A stretch of DNA of 64,000 nt from Bdellovibrionales bacterium (GCA_965262715.1 OZ253553.1:2624001-2688000); one strand, 5' to 3'. Positions 1 to 10,546 are shown, counted from the stretch's first letter. Numbers and translations are program-made. Notes: generated by a model from the letters alone, not told the origin.

Positions 1-87
1 TCGACCACTATTATAGATAAACCCTAAGATACAAATAACAGCTATCGCTAATAAATAAAATAACCTCCTTGGTTTTGTTTTTCTCAT
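1..87 (-). CDS. 5' end of a membrane or secreted protein, truncated by the window edge, downstream of the pilins
   Basis: ATG at 87-85 overlaps the pilin TGA (ATGA). Reads MRKTKPRRLFYLLAIAVICILGFIYNSGR, open to the window edge. Confidence 0.6.
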   Translation of the reverse strand, partial: MRKTKPRRLFYLLAIAVICILGFIYNSGR

Positions 88-806
88 AATCCACCAGCTT
101 GTGCATTCTTTAAATCTTTATGATGGGATATAGTCCATACATCATCTACATCACCTCCTAAATTGCCAATGGCTGTAATGACAAAGACGGGACTAAACGC
201 ATTCTGATTGTCAATTCCAGCATTTGGTGTTACCCATGTTCCGCTTGCTGATGTACAGTCAGCTTGATTAGCTACATTTCTTATTGAGCAGGCCCCTGCA
301 TGACTTGGAACTAATGAAAAATCAAGAGTACTTCCACTGACATTTAAATCAGCACCTACTTTGATAAGACATGTTTCAGTCCCAGGTTTGCACAGTTCAT
401 GTGTATTGGTTAGGTCCACATCAGTAGTAGGAGGACCATCAAACCAACTAGGGGTAGTGGTTAGATTTATGTTTTTACCTGTTGGGTTGACTGTGGTGCC
501 TTTAGGCCAACCAACCAGATAGAGCAGATCTCCTTGAGCACTAAAACCTATCTGTTGAAGGTTTTGTGAGGCATACCGCCATTCTGATGCAAATGCAATT
601 TCACTAGTGTAAATGCCAGAGAGCATTGTTTTAGCTTCTACCTGCTTTGCCTTGCGCACATAACCTTGATAGCTTGGAACAGCTATTGCCGTTATTACAC
701 CTATAATAGCCACAACAATCATAATCTCTAATAAAGAAAAACCTTTGTTGGATAAATACATCTTTTGATCACCTACAATAAAATGCCCATGCTTGAACAT
801 GGGCAA
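84..806 (-). CDS. Type IV pilin (PilA/PilE-like); true start probably MYLSNKGF
   Basis: Prepilin motif KG|FSLLEIMIVVAIIGVITAIA with Glu5, then KAKQVEAKTMLSGIYTSE; C-terminal Cys pairs. Confidence 0.92.
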   Translation of the reverse strand: MPMFKHGHFIVGDQKMYLSNKGFSLLEIMIVVAIIGVITAIAVPSYQGYVRKAKQVEAKTMLSGIYTSEIAFASEWRYASQNLQQIGFSAQGDLLYLVGWPKGTTVNPTGKNINLTTTPSWFDGPPTTDVDLTNTHELCKPGTETCLIKVGADLNVSGSTLDFSLVPSHAGACSIRNVANQADCTSASGTWVTPNAGIDNQNAFSPVFVITAIGNLGGDVDDVWTISHHKDLKNAQAGGL

Positions 807-810
807 TTAA

Positions 811-1581
811 TCACTCAACTCCATTCTGTACATTTGTTATCCTTTTACTTTCAGTCATAGTCCATTGATCTGTTAGGTCACCTCCAATACTGGCAACTGC
901 TCCAATAGTAAATATTGTCCTATTCCTTGCTACATTATTAAGTTTGGGGCCAGCTTTTTGACAACCTGTAGCTCCTGGTGGTGTAGGATCACAAGCTTTA
1001 GTTGCTAGATTATAATTACAGCCAGTTGCCGTGCCAGTTCCTAAAGTACAACTTTTAGTTACATCGGCTAAAGATAAAGAAGTTCCATCTGCTTCTTTAT
1101 TTGCACCAAGTGGAACATGACATGAGTTAAGAAGTGTTCCTGTTGTATGATGTGGCCCGCTACAAATAAAGGTGTTGATATCATCTTCATTTTTAGCTGC
1201 AGGACCATAATAACCTAGAGGTGCTGTTGTTAAATTTAGATTTATGCCAGTATCTACTTTCTCTGAAAAACCTGTTAAATATGTCACTTGACCACTAGGT
1301 GTAAAACCAATTTGCAGTAAGTTAGACGAGCCTAAGGCATGTTCTGCCATAAAAGCAATCTCTGCTGTGTACAAAGATGCCAGCATTGTCTTTGCTTCTG
1401 ATTGGCGTGCCTTTCGTTGAAATTTCTGGTAACTCGGTATGGCAATGGCTGCTAATATACCAATGATGGCCACCACAACCATTAACTCCACTAATGAAAA
1501 CCCTTTTTGACTTTTTAATAATTTATTTCTTTTAATAAACTTAAACACTCTTGATAATGATTTCATTTTTATTCTCCCCAT
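811..1581 (-). CDS. pilA: Type IV pilin, probable major pilin
   Basis: [49 protein letters not shown]; paralog of 84..806. Confidence 0.9.
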   Translation of the reverse strand: MGRIKMKSLSRVFKFIKRNKLLKSQKGFSLVELMVVVAIIGILAAIAIPSYQKFQRKARQSEAKTMLASLYTAEIAFMAEHALGSSNLLQIGFTPSGQVTYLTGFSEKVDTGINLNLTTAPLGYYGPAAKNEDDINTFICSGPHHTTGTLLNSCHVPLGANKEADGTSLSLADVTKSCTLGTGTATGCNYNLATKACDPTPPGATGCQKAGPKLNNVARNRTIFTIGAVASIGGDLTDQWTMTESKRITNVQNGVE

Positions 1582-1734
1582 TTATCTTTAAAGATTGTTA
1601 AAAACACCTCACTACTTGCTTTTTTGTTTCTTATGTATTCTCAAGCTGACTGTGAAAGGTAAAAAAACAGCTAAAAATATCAAAAATGAAAATCTTCAAA
1701 GCCACATCAAAAGACTAGTTTTTGAACTAACTGG

Positions 1735-1897
1735 ACTGTAACTTACGTACATAAGTTACAGTATCAAGTTATTAAAATGATTACCGATATAATAAATTGG
1801 AAGGTCTTAGACAGTGATGGTAGTTGGTCTGGAAATGGCCAAAAACGTCAATGATTCTAAAGGAACAGGACTGTAACTTATGTACGTAAGTTACAGT
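1735..1897. repeat. Two 28-bp near-palindromic sites (1735-1762, 1870-1897) that are exact reverse complements of each other
   Basis: ACTGTAACTTA-CGTACA-TAAGTTACAGT and ACTGTAACTTA-TGTACG-TAAGTTACAGT. Confidence 0.9.
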
Positions 1898-2324
1898 GCT
1901 AAGTATTTGAAATCATTGAGTTGCTGGACTGTCTAGTCTAGCATTGAAACAACACCTAAGCTTAGAAAACCATAAGAATGTTGCAAAACGATAAATAATT
2001 TGTATCTAAGCAGGACAATTCTCTATATTTTCATTTTAGTGAAAGAAAAATGCAAAGAAAAGTTTTCCTTATTACCACTCGAGTTCAATCTTTCTATTTG
2101 TAAGCACTTTATTTTGAATGCCAAACAAGTAAGAAGAGCTAATGATAAAAATGAGAAAAAGCTTGCTTCATGAGTCTGACTTTTGGGCAATGGTTTTGAA
2201 ATTAGCTAGATAAATTGAAGGTAAATGTTATTGAACACAGCGCGCTTAAAGTTTTTATTGCTTTTTTGAACAATATATAATATTATATATAGTAACTTCC
2301 CTATTAATTTCGATTGGTAGGTGC

Positions 2325-2360
2325 AAGCCACTACATTTTTGTAGTGGCTTTTGCTTTTTT
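2325..2360 (+). terminator. Intrinsic terminator-like hairpin upstream of the NYN remnant
   Basis: AAGCCACTACA-TTTT-TGTAGTGGCTT followed by TTGCTTTTTT. Confidence 0.7.
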
Positions 2361-2542
2361 ATGAAATATTGGTAAGTCATGAAATGAACAATTATAAAAA
2401 ATACGGTATATATGTTGATGGTTTTAATCTTTATTACCGTCTTCTCAAAAAGTTTCCACGATATAAATGGCTAGATGTAAAGTTGCTTTTTATGTCTTTT
2501 AATTTTGAGCCTCGTCCAATTAAGGTTATTAGATATTTTTAA
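2351..2542 (+). pseudogene. Truncated NYN-domain (PIN-fold) protein
   Basis: YGIYVDGFNLYY...YKWLD...VIRYF is the N-terminal NYN signature; the ORF stops after about 50 aa. Confidence 0.7.
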
Positions 2543-2728
2543 AAATTATATCAGATTAATATTCCAAGGTTTTAATTGTAGTGCCTATGGTGCAATGTAT
2601 CATCTAATGATTCCAGTAACTTATAAGTTTAAACCGTCGAAGTCAGGATTATAGTAAGGAATTTAATTTGACATCTTAGATGCTCATCGATTATAGAACC
2701 TTGTAAAGTCAGGTTTTTAAACTTAATT

Positions 2729-3391
2729 GTGGGGAGATGTGTAATGTATAAATTGAGTCAATATTTACTAGGTTTTATAATAACTATGTCGCTGGGTTCT
2801 TTTGCTTCAGCACAAGGGAATTTATTTTGTAGTAGTTCATGGTGGAGTGGGATCACCTTTGATGGTGCTACTCGTACTATAGAACTCTATCGTGACTCCT
2901 TAGATTTTGCTATGACACAAACTTGTAATCAACAAGGAGATACTCCTTTCATGATCGCTTTAAGATCTATACCAGAACCTATATCGTCAGATCAAGTCAA
3001 AGCTTTGGTACCTTTCTTTGCTTTTTTAGATGAGCATAATCTTCATCATGTCACTAATAGAGATGGCTACACAGCTTGGATTATAAGTCAACTGCGATGG
3101 CAAAGAGCACTTCGCAGATGGAATGATTATGCTCAAAACCATCCTATGAGTCAGTGGGGAAATAATCTTAACGGAGAGGTATTTGAAGCTACGCTTTTTA
3201 TTCTTCTTATGCAGGCAGATCGAGATGTTTCATTCAGTGAAGTCTTAAGTACAGTGATAGATGATTTAACTGAACACACAAGCGATGTTAACACTACTCT
3301 AATGGAAGAATTAGAAAGATTAGAGGAGCTATTGGAAAGAGGATTCGAAGAAAATTTATTACCCGAATCTCAAGGTAATGAAAACAGGTAA
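2729..3391 (+). CDS. Secreted hypothetical protein with ankyrin-like motifs
   Basis: Signal peptide (..SFASAQ); NQQGDTPFMIA and NRDGYTAWII motifs. Confidence 0.6.
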   Translation: MGRCVMYKLSQYLLGFIITMSLGSFASAQGNLFCSSSWWSGITFDGATRTIELYRDSLDFAMTQTCNQQGDTPFMIALRSIPEPISSDQVKALVPFFAFLDEHNLHHVTNRDGYTAWIISQLRWQRALRRWNDYAQNHPMSQWGNNLNGEVFEATLFILLMQADRDVSFSEVLSTVIDDLTEHTSDVNTTLMEELERLEELLERGFEENLLPESQGNENR

Positions 3392-3472
3392 TAAAATAAC
3401 TTCTTATTCCCAAAGTTGTTTGTTAAAGCATTTCAAGCTATATTTGTATTGCATCCTTATGAGGAATAGGGC

Positions 3473-3640
3473 ATGAGCAAAGTTATTAGCATATTGTTAA
3501 TGTTATAGTTACAGCCAACTTTTGTATTGGCTGTAACTTCCCGTATCGTAAGTTTCTCACCAGCGACAACAGAAATGCTCTTTGATTTAAACTTAAGCCA
3601 TCTCATTGTGGGAAAACACAATATTCTGACATATCCCTAA
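3473..3640 (+). pseudogene. btuF: Remnant of a BtuF-like periplasmic binding protein
   Basis: MSKVISILLML*LQPTFVLAVTSRIVSFSPATTEMLFDLNLSHLIVGK: RIVSxSPxxTEMLF motif with an in-frame TAG and truncation. Confidence 0.65.
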
Positions 3641-3842
3641 TTTTAACTCAAATATTAGAATTTTGACGTTTTGACCGGATGCATTTCGAAACAAAATTTA
3701 AATCTCATCATTATTTTGCACATTCTCTCTGCCAATGTATCTGGCAATCAGGAATCGGTTTCCGGGATCAGTTCCCGAATACTGCATGCCCGATTGCCAG
3801 TCTGCCTGTTTGCCGGAAAAGAAAAAGCTTAGACACTTAACC

Positions 3843-4736
3843 TTATTCAGAAGATGTTATCAGTTTCATGCTGATGTTGAAAGATATTAAAGGATGCCAT
3901 GTGCTACTGTCTTGTTCTACTGTACCTACTGGTTCAAGAGCAAGAGCTGCTTTAATATCTGTAATCACAGATTTAGGAACCATTAGGAGCTTGCTTGAAA
4001 TGCTTAATTCAGTTGGAATTTCATCACTAGAGGATGGTTGGCCTAGATCAACTAAGTAAATCATAACTTGATCTGGAAGAGTTTGGATATCAGCATCTAA
4101 ATCATCTTTAAGAGCTAACAGTGTATAATTTGTATTTTCAACTTGAACCACCCTATTTATATCATACTCATCCTCATCCTCTTGATCGAGTTGTATATAA
4201 TCATTATTGAAACGATGAAAAGTAATTGTAAAAGACACATCTTCTAGGAGAAATGTAAACTCTTTAGCATCTATAGTTGACTGTTCTATTTCTTTAGGAT
4301 CGGAAGCAATGGCTTGTTTAATATCTGTGATTAAAGATTTCTGAGTAAGAAGAACTTCTCCTTCAAATGTGACATCACCATTGCTTTGATCTGCTCCTCG
4401 AGTAACCAGTATAATACTTATATATTCAGGGAGACTTGTAAGCTCAGTATCTAAATGCGCTTGATCAACTAGAAGTGTTTTACTTGTTCCTTTAACTGTC
4501 ACTTGACTATTGAGGTCTTCCGGAAAAGCCCCTGCAATATCATCGCTATTACTATCGTCATTATTATTATTACTGAAAGCTATTTTCATAGACTCTAAAA
4601 AGTCATCAAAGGTTACATCTGGGTTTTGAATGTTAGGGTTAGGTTGGTTAGGTTCTTCTTGTTGAACCTCTGCACGGCAACCTAAAAAAAGAAATGTACA
4701 AGATACTATAATAAACAGTCTCATTTTTTGACACAT
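3843..4736 (-). CDS. Lipoprotein with an internal two-fold repeat
   Basis: Lipobox FLGC; repeats TLL..LD..L.SLP...I.LV..KSLITDIKQAIA and KSVITDIKAALA. Confidence 0.7.
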   Translation of the reverse strand: MCQKMRLFIIVSCTFLFLGCRAEVQQEEPNQPNPNIQNPDVTFDDFLESMKIAFSNNNNDDSNSDDIAGAFPEDLNSQVTVKGTSKTLLVDQAHLDTELTSLPEYISIILVTRGADQSNGDVTFEGEVLLTQKSLITDIKQAIASDPKEIEQSTIDAKEFTFLLEDVSFTITFHRFNNDYIQLDQEDEDEYDINRVVQVENTNYTLLALKDDLDADIQTLPDQVMIYLVDLGQPSSSDEIPTELSISSKLLMVPKSVITDIKAALALEPVGTVEQDSSTWHPLISFNISMKLITSSE

Positions 4737-4835
4737 CGTATAGACTCCTTGAAAGTATCAATAATTAAGTAAGAATACCTTTATGATTTATCGGTAGAAT
4801 TTATTTCCTTGTAAAGGTTATTAGAAGCCATCTCA

Positions 4836-5063
4836 AAAATGCTGCTTGCCTCGAAAATCCGTTTATTTTTAGTAGGAGGATATCTTCTTTCTTTTACATC
4901 ATGTTAAGGAAGTTTTCTCTCATTACTGTTTTACTCAAAATGAATAGCCTTTCTAGGCATTGATCTAACCATCGAATCAGCGCTAGAAAGCGCGCCAGAG
5001 GCTCGCCTCGAGAGGTTCACCTCGAGAGGTTCACCTCGAGAGGTATATGTATTTTAGTGAAAC
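4836..5063. repeat. Dispersed hairpin repeat family, copy A, containing tandem 14-bp units
   Basis: Shares AAAATGCTG..TGCCTC.AAAATCCGTTTATTTTTAG..ATGTTAAGG with 26003-26080. Hairpin at 4927-5063; CCTCGAGAGG x3 at 14-bp period. Confidence 0.85.
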
Positions 5064-5075
5064 AGAGAGCCTATT

Positions 5076-6122
5076 TTAAATTTCTATTAAATGATTATAA
5101 GAGCATAAAAGCCCTTGAAGAGCTAACCTGTCAATCTGCTTTGGAACAGTAATGTTCTCAAAAAAATTAGGTATTAAAGTGATTTTAAATCCACTATGCA
5201 TTAAACTATTTAGTACATTATTATGCTTTAATCCAAGTGCGTGTCCAAACTCATGAAGTATATTATTACTTAATAAAACAGTACTATTAAGGATACTTGC
5301 AAAGTTTGAGGAAAGCCCTTCAATCATTAAAGCTTGGAGATCTTCAAAAGAGGTAAGTTCAATATCTTTTAATTGTGCATTTATTTGTGAAATAACCCAA
5401 GATTGGGCAGCTTTTTTATTCATCAAAATAATACCTTTATCTTTTAACATTTGAGCAACCATCTCATAGAAATTATCACTACTCATATTTGATAACCTAT
5501 CAATAAAAAACCTTTGAAAGTCCATAACATTCATATTTTCAGAAGGTTCAATACCCGCTCTTTTTAAATGTCGAGTAAATACCTGGTGAATGTATTCGCT
5601 AATAACATTTTGCTCCTCATATATAATAATATCAACATCAGCAATGAATATATAGGATGATGAAGGATCCACAGGATGTACTTCAATAAATGTTTCTGCT
5701 GCTACTTTGGCTGCTCCGTTCTGTAAAGTAATATCTTCTAAATTATATTGATCGTCATTTAGCCAATAAATAACATTTTTAAAGTCTCGACTTCTTACAT
5801 CGCTATGATCAATTTCATCACTTATACGAATCATTTCAGAGTTAGCTGCTATATTCCATTCTGAAGCGGATTCACCAAAGACATCTCTATACTGCTGTGG
5901 GATGCTATCATTTAAGTGAAATTCTATCGGAAGGTTATCAAAATATAAAGGATTACTGGGTATGTTACCAGGTATAGGTGTATCAGGGTTCTGGCTTTCA
6001 TATAAACTTCTACCATTATGCATAAGATAACATGAATTAATTGGAAGATATGGTTGTCCATCTAAATATTGAAAATGAAGTACAAATATGAAAAACACGG
6101 CTAATTGACAGGCTTTATTCAC
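5076..6122 (-). CDS. Secreted matrixin-like (M10) zinc metalloprotease
   Basis: Signal peptide; HEFGHALGLKH plus Met-turn (NSLM). Confidence 0.85.
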   Translation of the reverse strand: MNKACQLAVFFIFVLHFQYLDGQPYLPINSCYLMHNGRSLYESQNPDTPIPGNIPSNPLYFDNLPIEFHLNDSIPQQYRDVFGESASEWNIAANSEMIRISDEIDHSDVRSRDFKNVIYWLNDDQYNLEDITLQNGAAKVAAETFIEVHPVDPSSSYIFIADVDIIIYEEQNVISEYIHQVFTRHLKRAGIEPSENMNVMDFQRFFIDRLSNMSSDNFYEMVAQMLKDKGIILMNKKAAQSWVISQINAQLKDIELTSFEDLQALMIEGLSSNFASILNSTVLLSNNILHEFGHALGLKHNNVLNSLMHSGFKITLIPNFFENITVPKQIDRLALQGLLCSYNHLIEI

Positions 6123-6381
6123 AATAATTCCTTAAGTTGCTTGAATTTTGACTCTATATACAAATTAGATCTTTTAGTGTGTGAGCTTGTAAATAAAAAA
6201 TATAAAAAAAGGATTATAGTCGATTTTATCTTTTGATCTATATTTATAACTGTGTAATAAGATCAGTACTTTGAACCTGTGTATGATTTGGATTTTTTAG
6301 AATGTTTTTGCGTATTCTAGAAGTTTTTATTGCAACTGCATAATATAGTCATATCTATTTTTTTAAAAAGGTGTATGAGAT

Positions 6382-7425
6382 ATGAAAAAGTTTAATATTA
6401 AACAATTATTGATCTATTCATTAATTTTTGGCATTTCAATTACATGGCCTACTACAAGTAGCTCTTTTAAGTTTAGAGTATTTCAATCTTGTGCCGATGT
6501 TCTTCTAGGAGAATTACCTCAACCACTGATTGAAACTGAACAGCAAATGAGAGATGAAGGGTATGAAGATAGATATATTGTAGGCCTTGATCATGCTAGA
6601 GACAATCTTCAGTTGGCTGAGAAATTACGCTCAAACTCTGTTGATCCTAAAACCACTCATATACAAGAATTTGCTGATCTCATTGAAAAATATACCGACT
6701 TTATTGAAGAAGGTATTCACTTGCAAAAATATGGTGATGAAGATTTTAGATTACAACAACTGGAGTTATTAAAATCTGAAGCTCAAGCACGTAAAAATTC
6801 AAAGACTGTAACTCTTCGTTGGTGGTTTTTCTTTAACTTACGTCTTTCTATTGTTGCAAGTCCATGGAGAGAACACATGAAAGGATATTTTAATTCAGAA
6901 GAACCATTAGAAGAAGTAATGATTCATGAGGGAATAGAAAGTTTTTGGGCACAGAAGGAGCCTAATTTTTTTTTAATGATGGATCGTTTTCCTGAAAGAA
7001 TTATGATTCCTACAATACAAGACTTAGGGAAGATTTCAATCAATAGTACTTATGGAACCGGAGTGCATCTTATTGGTCTTAGTGATCGTTTTCAAACAGC
7101 TGATGGTGTATGGATGTCTCCTTTTTTATTTTTCAAACACGATCTCGTACATGCCTTAATAAGAAATGTCGATCAGTTACTAAGAACTAAAAGAGTTATG
7201 CAGAAAATAGCAAATCTCCAAGGACAGTTAAGACAAAACGTTGAAAATCTTTTTTTTGAGTTAACTCATGAACAAGGATATGGATTAGATAGATCACTAT
7301 CTTTTAATATTGGACGTATCAATCATATGCGTATTAATGAACCAGAAGGCAAGAGAATATTTATTAAGATTCTTAAAGATGCAACATGGGGATATCGCCT
7401 ATCAAATTTTTTTCCATGGTTTTAA
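6382..7425 (+). CDS. Secreted hypothetical protein, lineage-specific family (paralogs at 61270 and 63283)
   Basis: Signal peptide; shared motifs YIxGLDH, THIxEFADLI, WWFxFNLRLS, FPERIMIPT. Confidence 0.8.
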   Translation: MKKFNIKQLLIYSLIFGISITWPTTSSSFKFRVFQSCADVLLGELPQPLIETEQQMRDEGYEDRYIVGLDHARDNLQLAEKLRSNSVDPKTTHIQEFADLIEKYTDFIEEGIHLQKYGDEDFRLQQLELLKSEAQARKNSKTVTLRWWFFFNLRLSIVASPWREHMKGYFNSEEPLEEVMIHEGIESFWAQKEPNFFLMMDRFPERIMIPTIQDLGKISINSTYGTGVHLIGLSDRFQTADGVWMSPFLFFKHDLVHALIRNVDQLLRTKRVMQKIANLQGQLRQNVENLFFELTHEQGYGLDRSLSFNIGRINHMRINEPEGKRIFIKILKDATWGYRLSNFFPWF

Positions 7426-7549
7426 TATAGTGTAAGTTCAAATCGCAAGAGCAACATTGTTTAAGATTATAGATATTTTTAAAATTTGTATTTGTATTTC
7501 AGTTCAAGACAAATCCATATCAAAAAAGGTAATATTATATGACAATTAT

Positions 7550-9607
7550 TTATGGATTTGAAGTGTTGGTATTGGATAGCACTTGGCTTATTCTTTGTTG
7601 TTGTTGCATCAACTTCTCTCTTCTTCTTCTTGAATATTGTATCCACCATCTCAGCTCACTCTTGCAGAAAGATATATCAACCTCATTGGAACTACACATG
7701 AACTCTTGGCCATTCACATCCCCTGTTTGAATAGCTGCCTGCTCTAATGTAATTAAATTTCTGCTCATTCTGTTTATTAAAGCATTCGTTGACCGTATTT
7801 GAAAATTTAAAACTCTATGTTCTTTTTCAATTTGTTCCTGGCTTTTACCAAGTACATTTTGATTTTCACATTGGTTTTTCAAGTCAGGACAGTCTTCGTT
7901 GGAAGTTAAACCTTGATAACCTGTTTGACGTGCTAATGCAGCACAGGTTCTATAGAGTTGAACGTCCTCTCTGTTTGCGCAATTCCCATACAGGATAGCA
8001 TTGAAATGAACTGGATCTAGTAAGGAATACTCACTAAAATCTGATGGTTTGATATGAGCATTGGAAGGTAGTCCTGGCATTGCGTATCCAATACGAAGGC
8101 TTTCACCATAGGGAAAAACTTTTTGCCATCTTTCTTTCTGATTTGACATAATGCTATTTTCTTGTGTCACACGGCAATTGTATTTTGGGCGAAAATCAAA
8201 TTCTTCTTTTTGAGGTGGTTGTTCTTTATATCGACTTGATACCTTTATGACTTCCCCTGTTTCAATATTGACATATTCTCCCATCGAGCCTTCTTCATAA
8301 CCATCATTCAATCCTCCTACTTCATGTAATAGTTCATGCGCTGTGGTAGGGCAATCAATGTCTGCTTCATAACTTCCTGAATTAGAACGTCCAGTGCTGG
8401 ATTGAATTGTAATATCGAGCTGAGGGAGACAGGAATCAGCTTGAGGATCTGCAATCACAATATTTAATCGCTCTCCATTAGGACCTAGCATTTTAGGATT
8501 AGCCTGGTTTAAACAATCTGTGGCTCGCTGCCTGTAATGGGCATTTACTTGGTCTTTTGGAACATTTTTTTCATTGTCATAATCATCAGCAGGAGAAAAT
8601 GTCATGGCGATAGAAGCTGTATAACTTCCATCAGTTTCTTTTTTGATCCTATAGTGAGTCCAAGGATCTGTAGAAACATCTCTTTCTTCCCCAGGTTGAT
8701 AATCACTGCAAGCCATCTCCTTGTCTAAATCTTCTAAAAAATCTCCTAAGACAAAAAAAGAAGGCTCACTTTCTAAACAAGTACCTAAAGACTCTACTGC
8801 CTGTGATGAAGATTGTGACATGACCAAATCGGTAAGACTTGAAAGTCGCCCTATAATCAGTTCTTGATCACGTTTTAACCTATTACAAATATCCCTTTGA
8901 CGACCAGTTTCACCTTCACAGCTATCAGGTAAGTTGAAAATATCGTTTGCTTTTTGAATTTCCCGGCCTAAAGTTGCCAGAGCATTTTTAAGGCAGGAAG
9001 GACCTATTTCAGATAATCTGTCAACTGTCTTCTCATATTGTTCTTGATTTCCATGACTTAACATTGATGAAACTGCTTGATCACTACAAATGCTTAGACA
9101 ATCCAAGCTAAGCTTCTCATGCGCATCTTTGACTCTGTAGCTTGAAATATCTCCAATAGCATAATGAGCATCTGGTAATAAGAGCCGACCTGCCTGTGCC
9201 TGTCGCAGTTCTACTTCAGCCTCGTCAAGAGATCTTTCAGCACGTTCTTCACATAACTGGATTTGATGATCAGGAAGTCCAGCCATGCTAGTACGACATC
9301 CTCCTTTAACTGCCATTGCAAATAAGCCATGTAGGTTTTCAAAAAATTTCTGATTTTGATAATCAGACTGTTGCAGCAGAGTTTTTGCGCGATCAACAAA
9401 AGCCGAAATATCCACCTGTCCATCTTTGAATGTGATGATGCCACCTGAGTAAGGATCATCAGGACAACTTTTTTTCATACAAGGTGGTAATTTGATAGCA
9501 CTTAACCATGCGCTTAAATTCCTTTCAGAAGCTAGACAAATACGTAAGTCCCATGTTATTAAAGTGATAATCCATATCACCCATAAAGTAGTTCTCATAA
9601 GCTTCAA
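7550..9607 (-). CDS. Secreted Cys-rich zincin metallopeptidase-like protein
   Basis: Signal peptide; TAHELLHEVGGLNDGY and later NSIM Met-turn. Confidence 0.7.
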   Translation of the reverse strand: MKLMRTTLWVIWIITLITWDLRICLASERNLSAWLSAIKLPPCMKKSCPDDPYSGGIITFKDGQVDISAFVDRAKTLLQQSDYQNQKFFENLHGLFAMAVKGGCRTSMAGLPDHQIQLCEERAERSLDEAEVELRQAQAGRLLLPDAHYAIGDISSYRVKDAHEKLSLDCLSICSDQAVSSMLSHGNQEQYEKTVDRLSEIGPSCLKNALATLGREIQKANDIFNLPDSCEGETGRQRDICNRLKRDQELIIGRLSSLTDLVMSQSSSQAVESLGTCLESEPSFFVLGDFLEDLDKEMACSDYQPGEERDVSTDPWTHYRIKKETDGSYTASIAMTFSPADDYDNEKNVPKDQVNAHYRQRATDCLNQANPKMLGPNGERLNIVIADPQADSCLPQLDITIQSSTGRSNSGSYEADIDCPTTAHELLHEVGGLNDGYEEGSMGEYVNIETGEVIKVSSRYKEQPPQKEEFDFRPKYNCRVTQENSIMSNQKERWQKVFPYGESLRIGYAMPGLPSNAHIKPSDFSEYSLLDPVHFNAILYGNCANREDVQLYRTCAALARQTGYQGLTSNEDCPDLKNQCENQNVLGKSQEQIEKEHRVLNFQIRSTNALINRMSRNLITLEQAAIQTGDVNGQEFMCSSNEVDISFCKSELRWWIQYSRRRREKLMQQQQRISQVLSNTNTSNP

Positions 9608-9653
9608 TTTTTCCTTTAAAAGTAATTTTTTTTAAGTTCACTGAGTTTAAATT

Positions 9654-10346
9654 TTATTCCATTTCAAACAGACCAAATTGATGGTCTAAACATTCCAAAC
9701 GTTTTTGGCTTAAGTTCAGGCATTGAAGTTTATTTTTGGAAAAAAGCATAGAAGCAGGTTTTCGTCCTTTCTTTTTAAAAATTCTTACAATGTCTTTTCC
9801 TTTTTTCTTGTACTCAGCGCAGGACAGGCACTCCCATTTATGTTTTTGGGCATCAAGTAATATCCTATGTAGGGACTTAAAATAAGGATTGGATTCTCTG
9901 ACTTCAATACTTTGTCCATTCATACCCACACGAATAATGGAGGCATGAGGATCTGTATCAAAATCGTTAATACCTGTGGCTTTCTTTACTTTGGCCAAAT
10001 CAATCCCTTTTCCTCTTTTTTTCAAGAGCTTTTGATAGACTTATATCTTCCTTTTTAGGAGTTTAAATCGGTCACTTAAGGGGGTGTGAAAATGACCTAA
10101 ACGGATAGAAGTATTTTCATTGTTTGGGTCTTGAATAGATATTTGAGAAACATTTGTGACTAGTTCCACTGTTTTGTTTCTAAAGATCAGAAATGTTTGA
10201 TCTGTGTTCCTCGTATGAGAAGCCTGAAATTGAAGGATGATAGGTTTGCCTGTCGTTTTAGCAAAAACCTGCTTATGAAAACTTCCCAACAGAAGCACTA
10301 CATAAAAATATCTTATCAAAATTTTTAAAGTCATCTTCCCCTTCAA
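9654..10346 (-). pseudogene. Secreted hypothetical protein split by one in-frame TAA
   Basis: ORFs 10041..10346 and 9654..10025 are in the same frame: ..LLKRKI*VYQKLLKKRG.. Confidence 0.75.
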
Positions 10347-10546
10347 TACGTTTGTCTAGACAAAATTCCTTGTCGTTTGACTTTAAATAGGTCGGAAAAA
10401 AATCACTTTGGCTTTAAAAATTTGCCCTACCTCACTTAAATGGCTATCTGCTCAAGCTGTCAATGAAATGACAACAGTTGCTAGTGATGTCTTTTCTTAT
10501 TTTTTTACATTTTGTAACTTTAAATCGCAAGTGCAACACTTTTGGA

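Noticed and set aside
3395..3472. Cobalamin riboswitch before the btuF remnant
   Set aside because: Too short, with no recognisable B12 box.
4998..5043. CRISPR array
   Set aside because: Units abut with no unique spacers, and there are no cas genes in the window.
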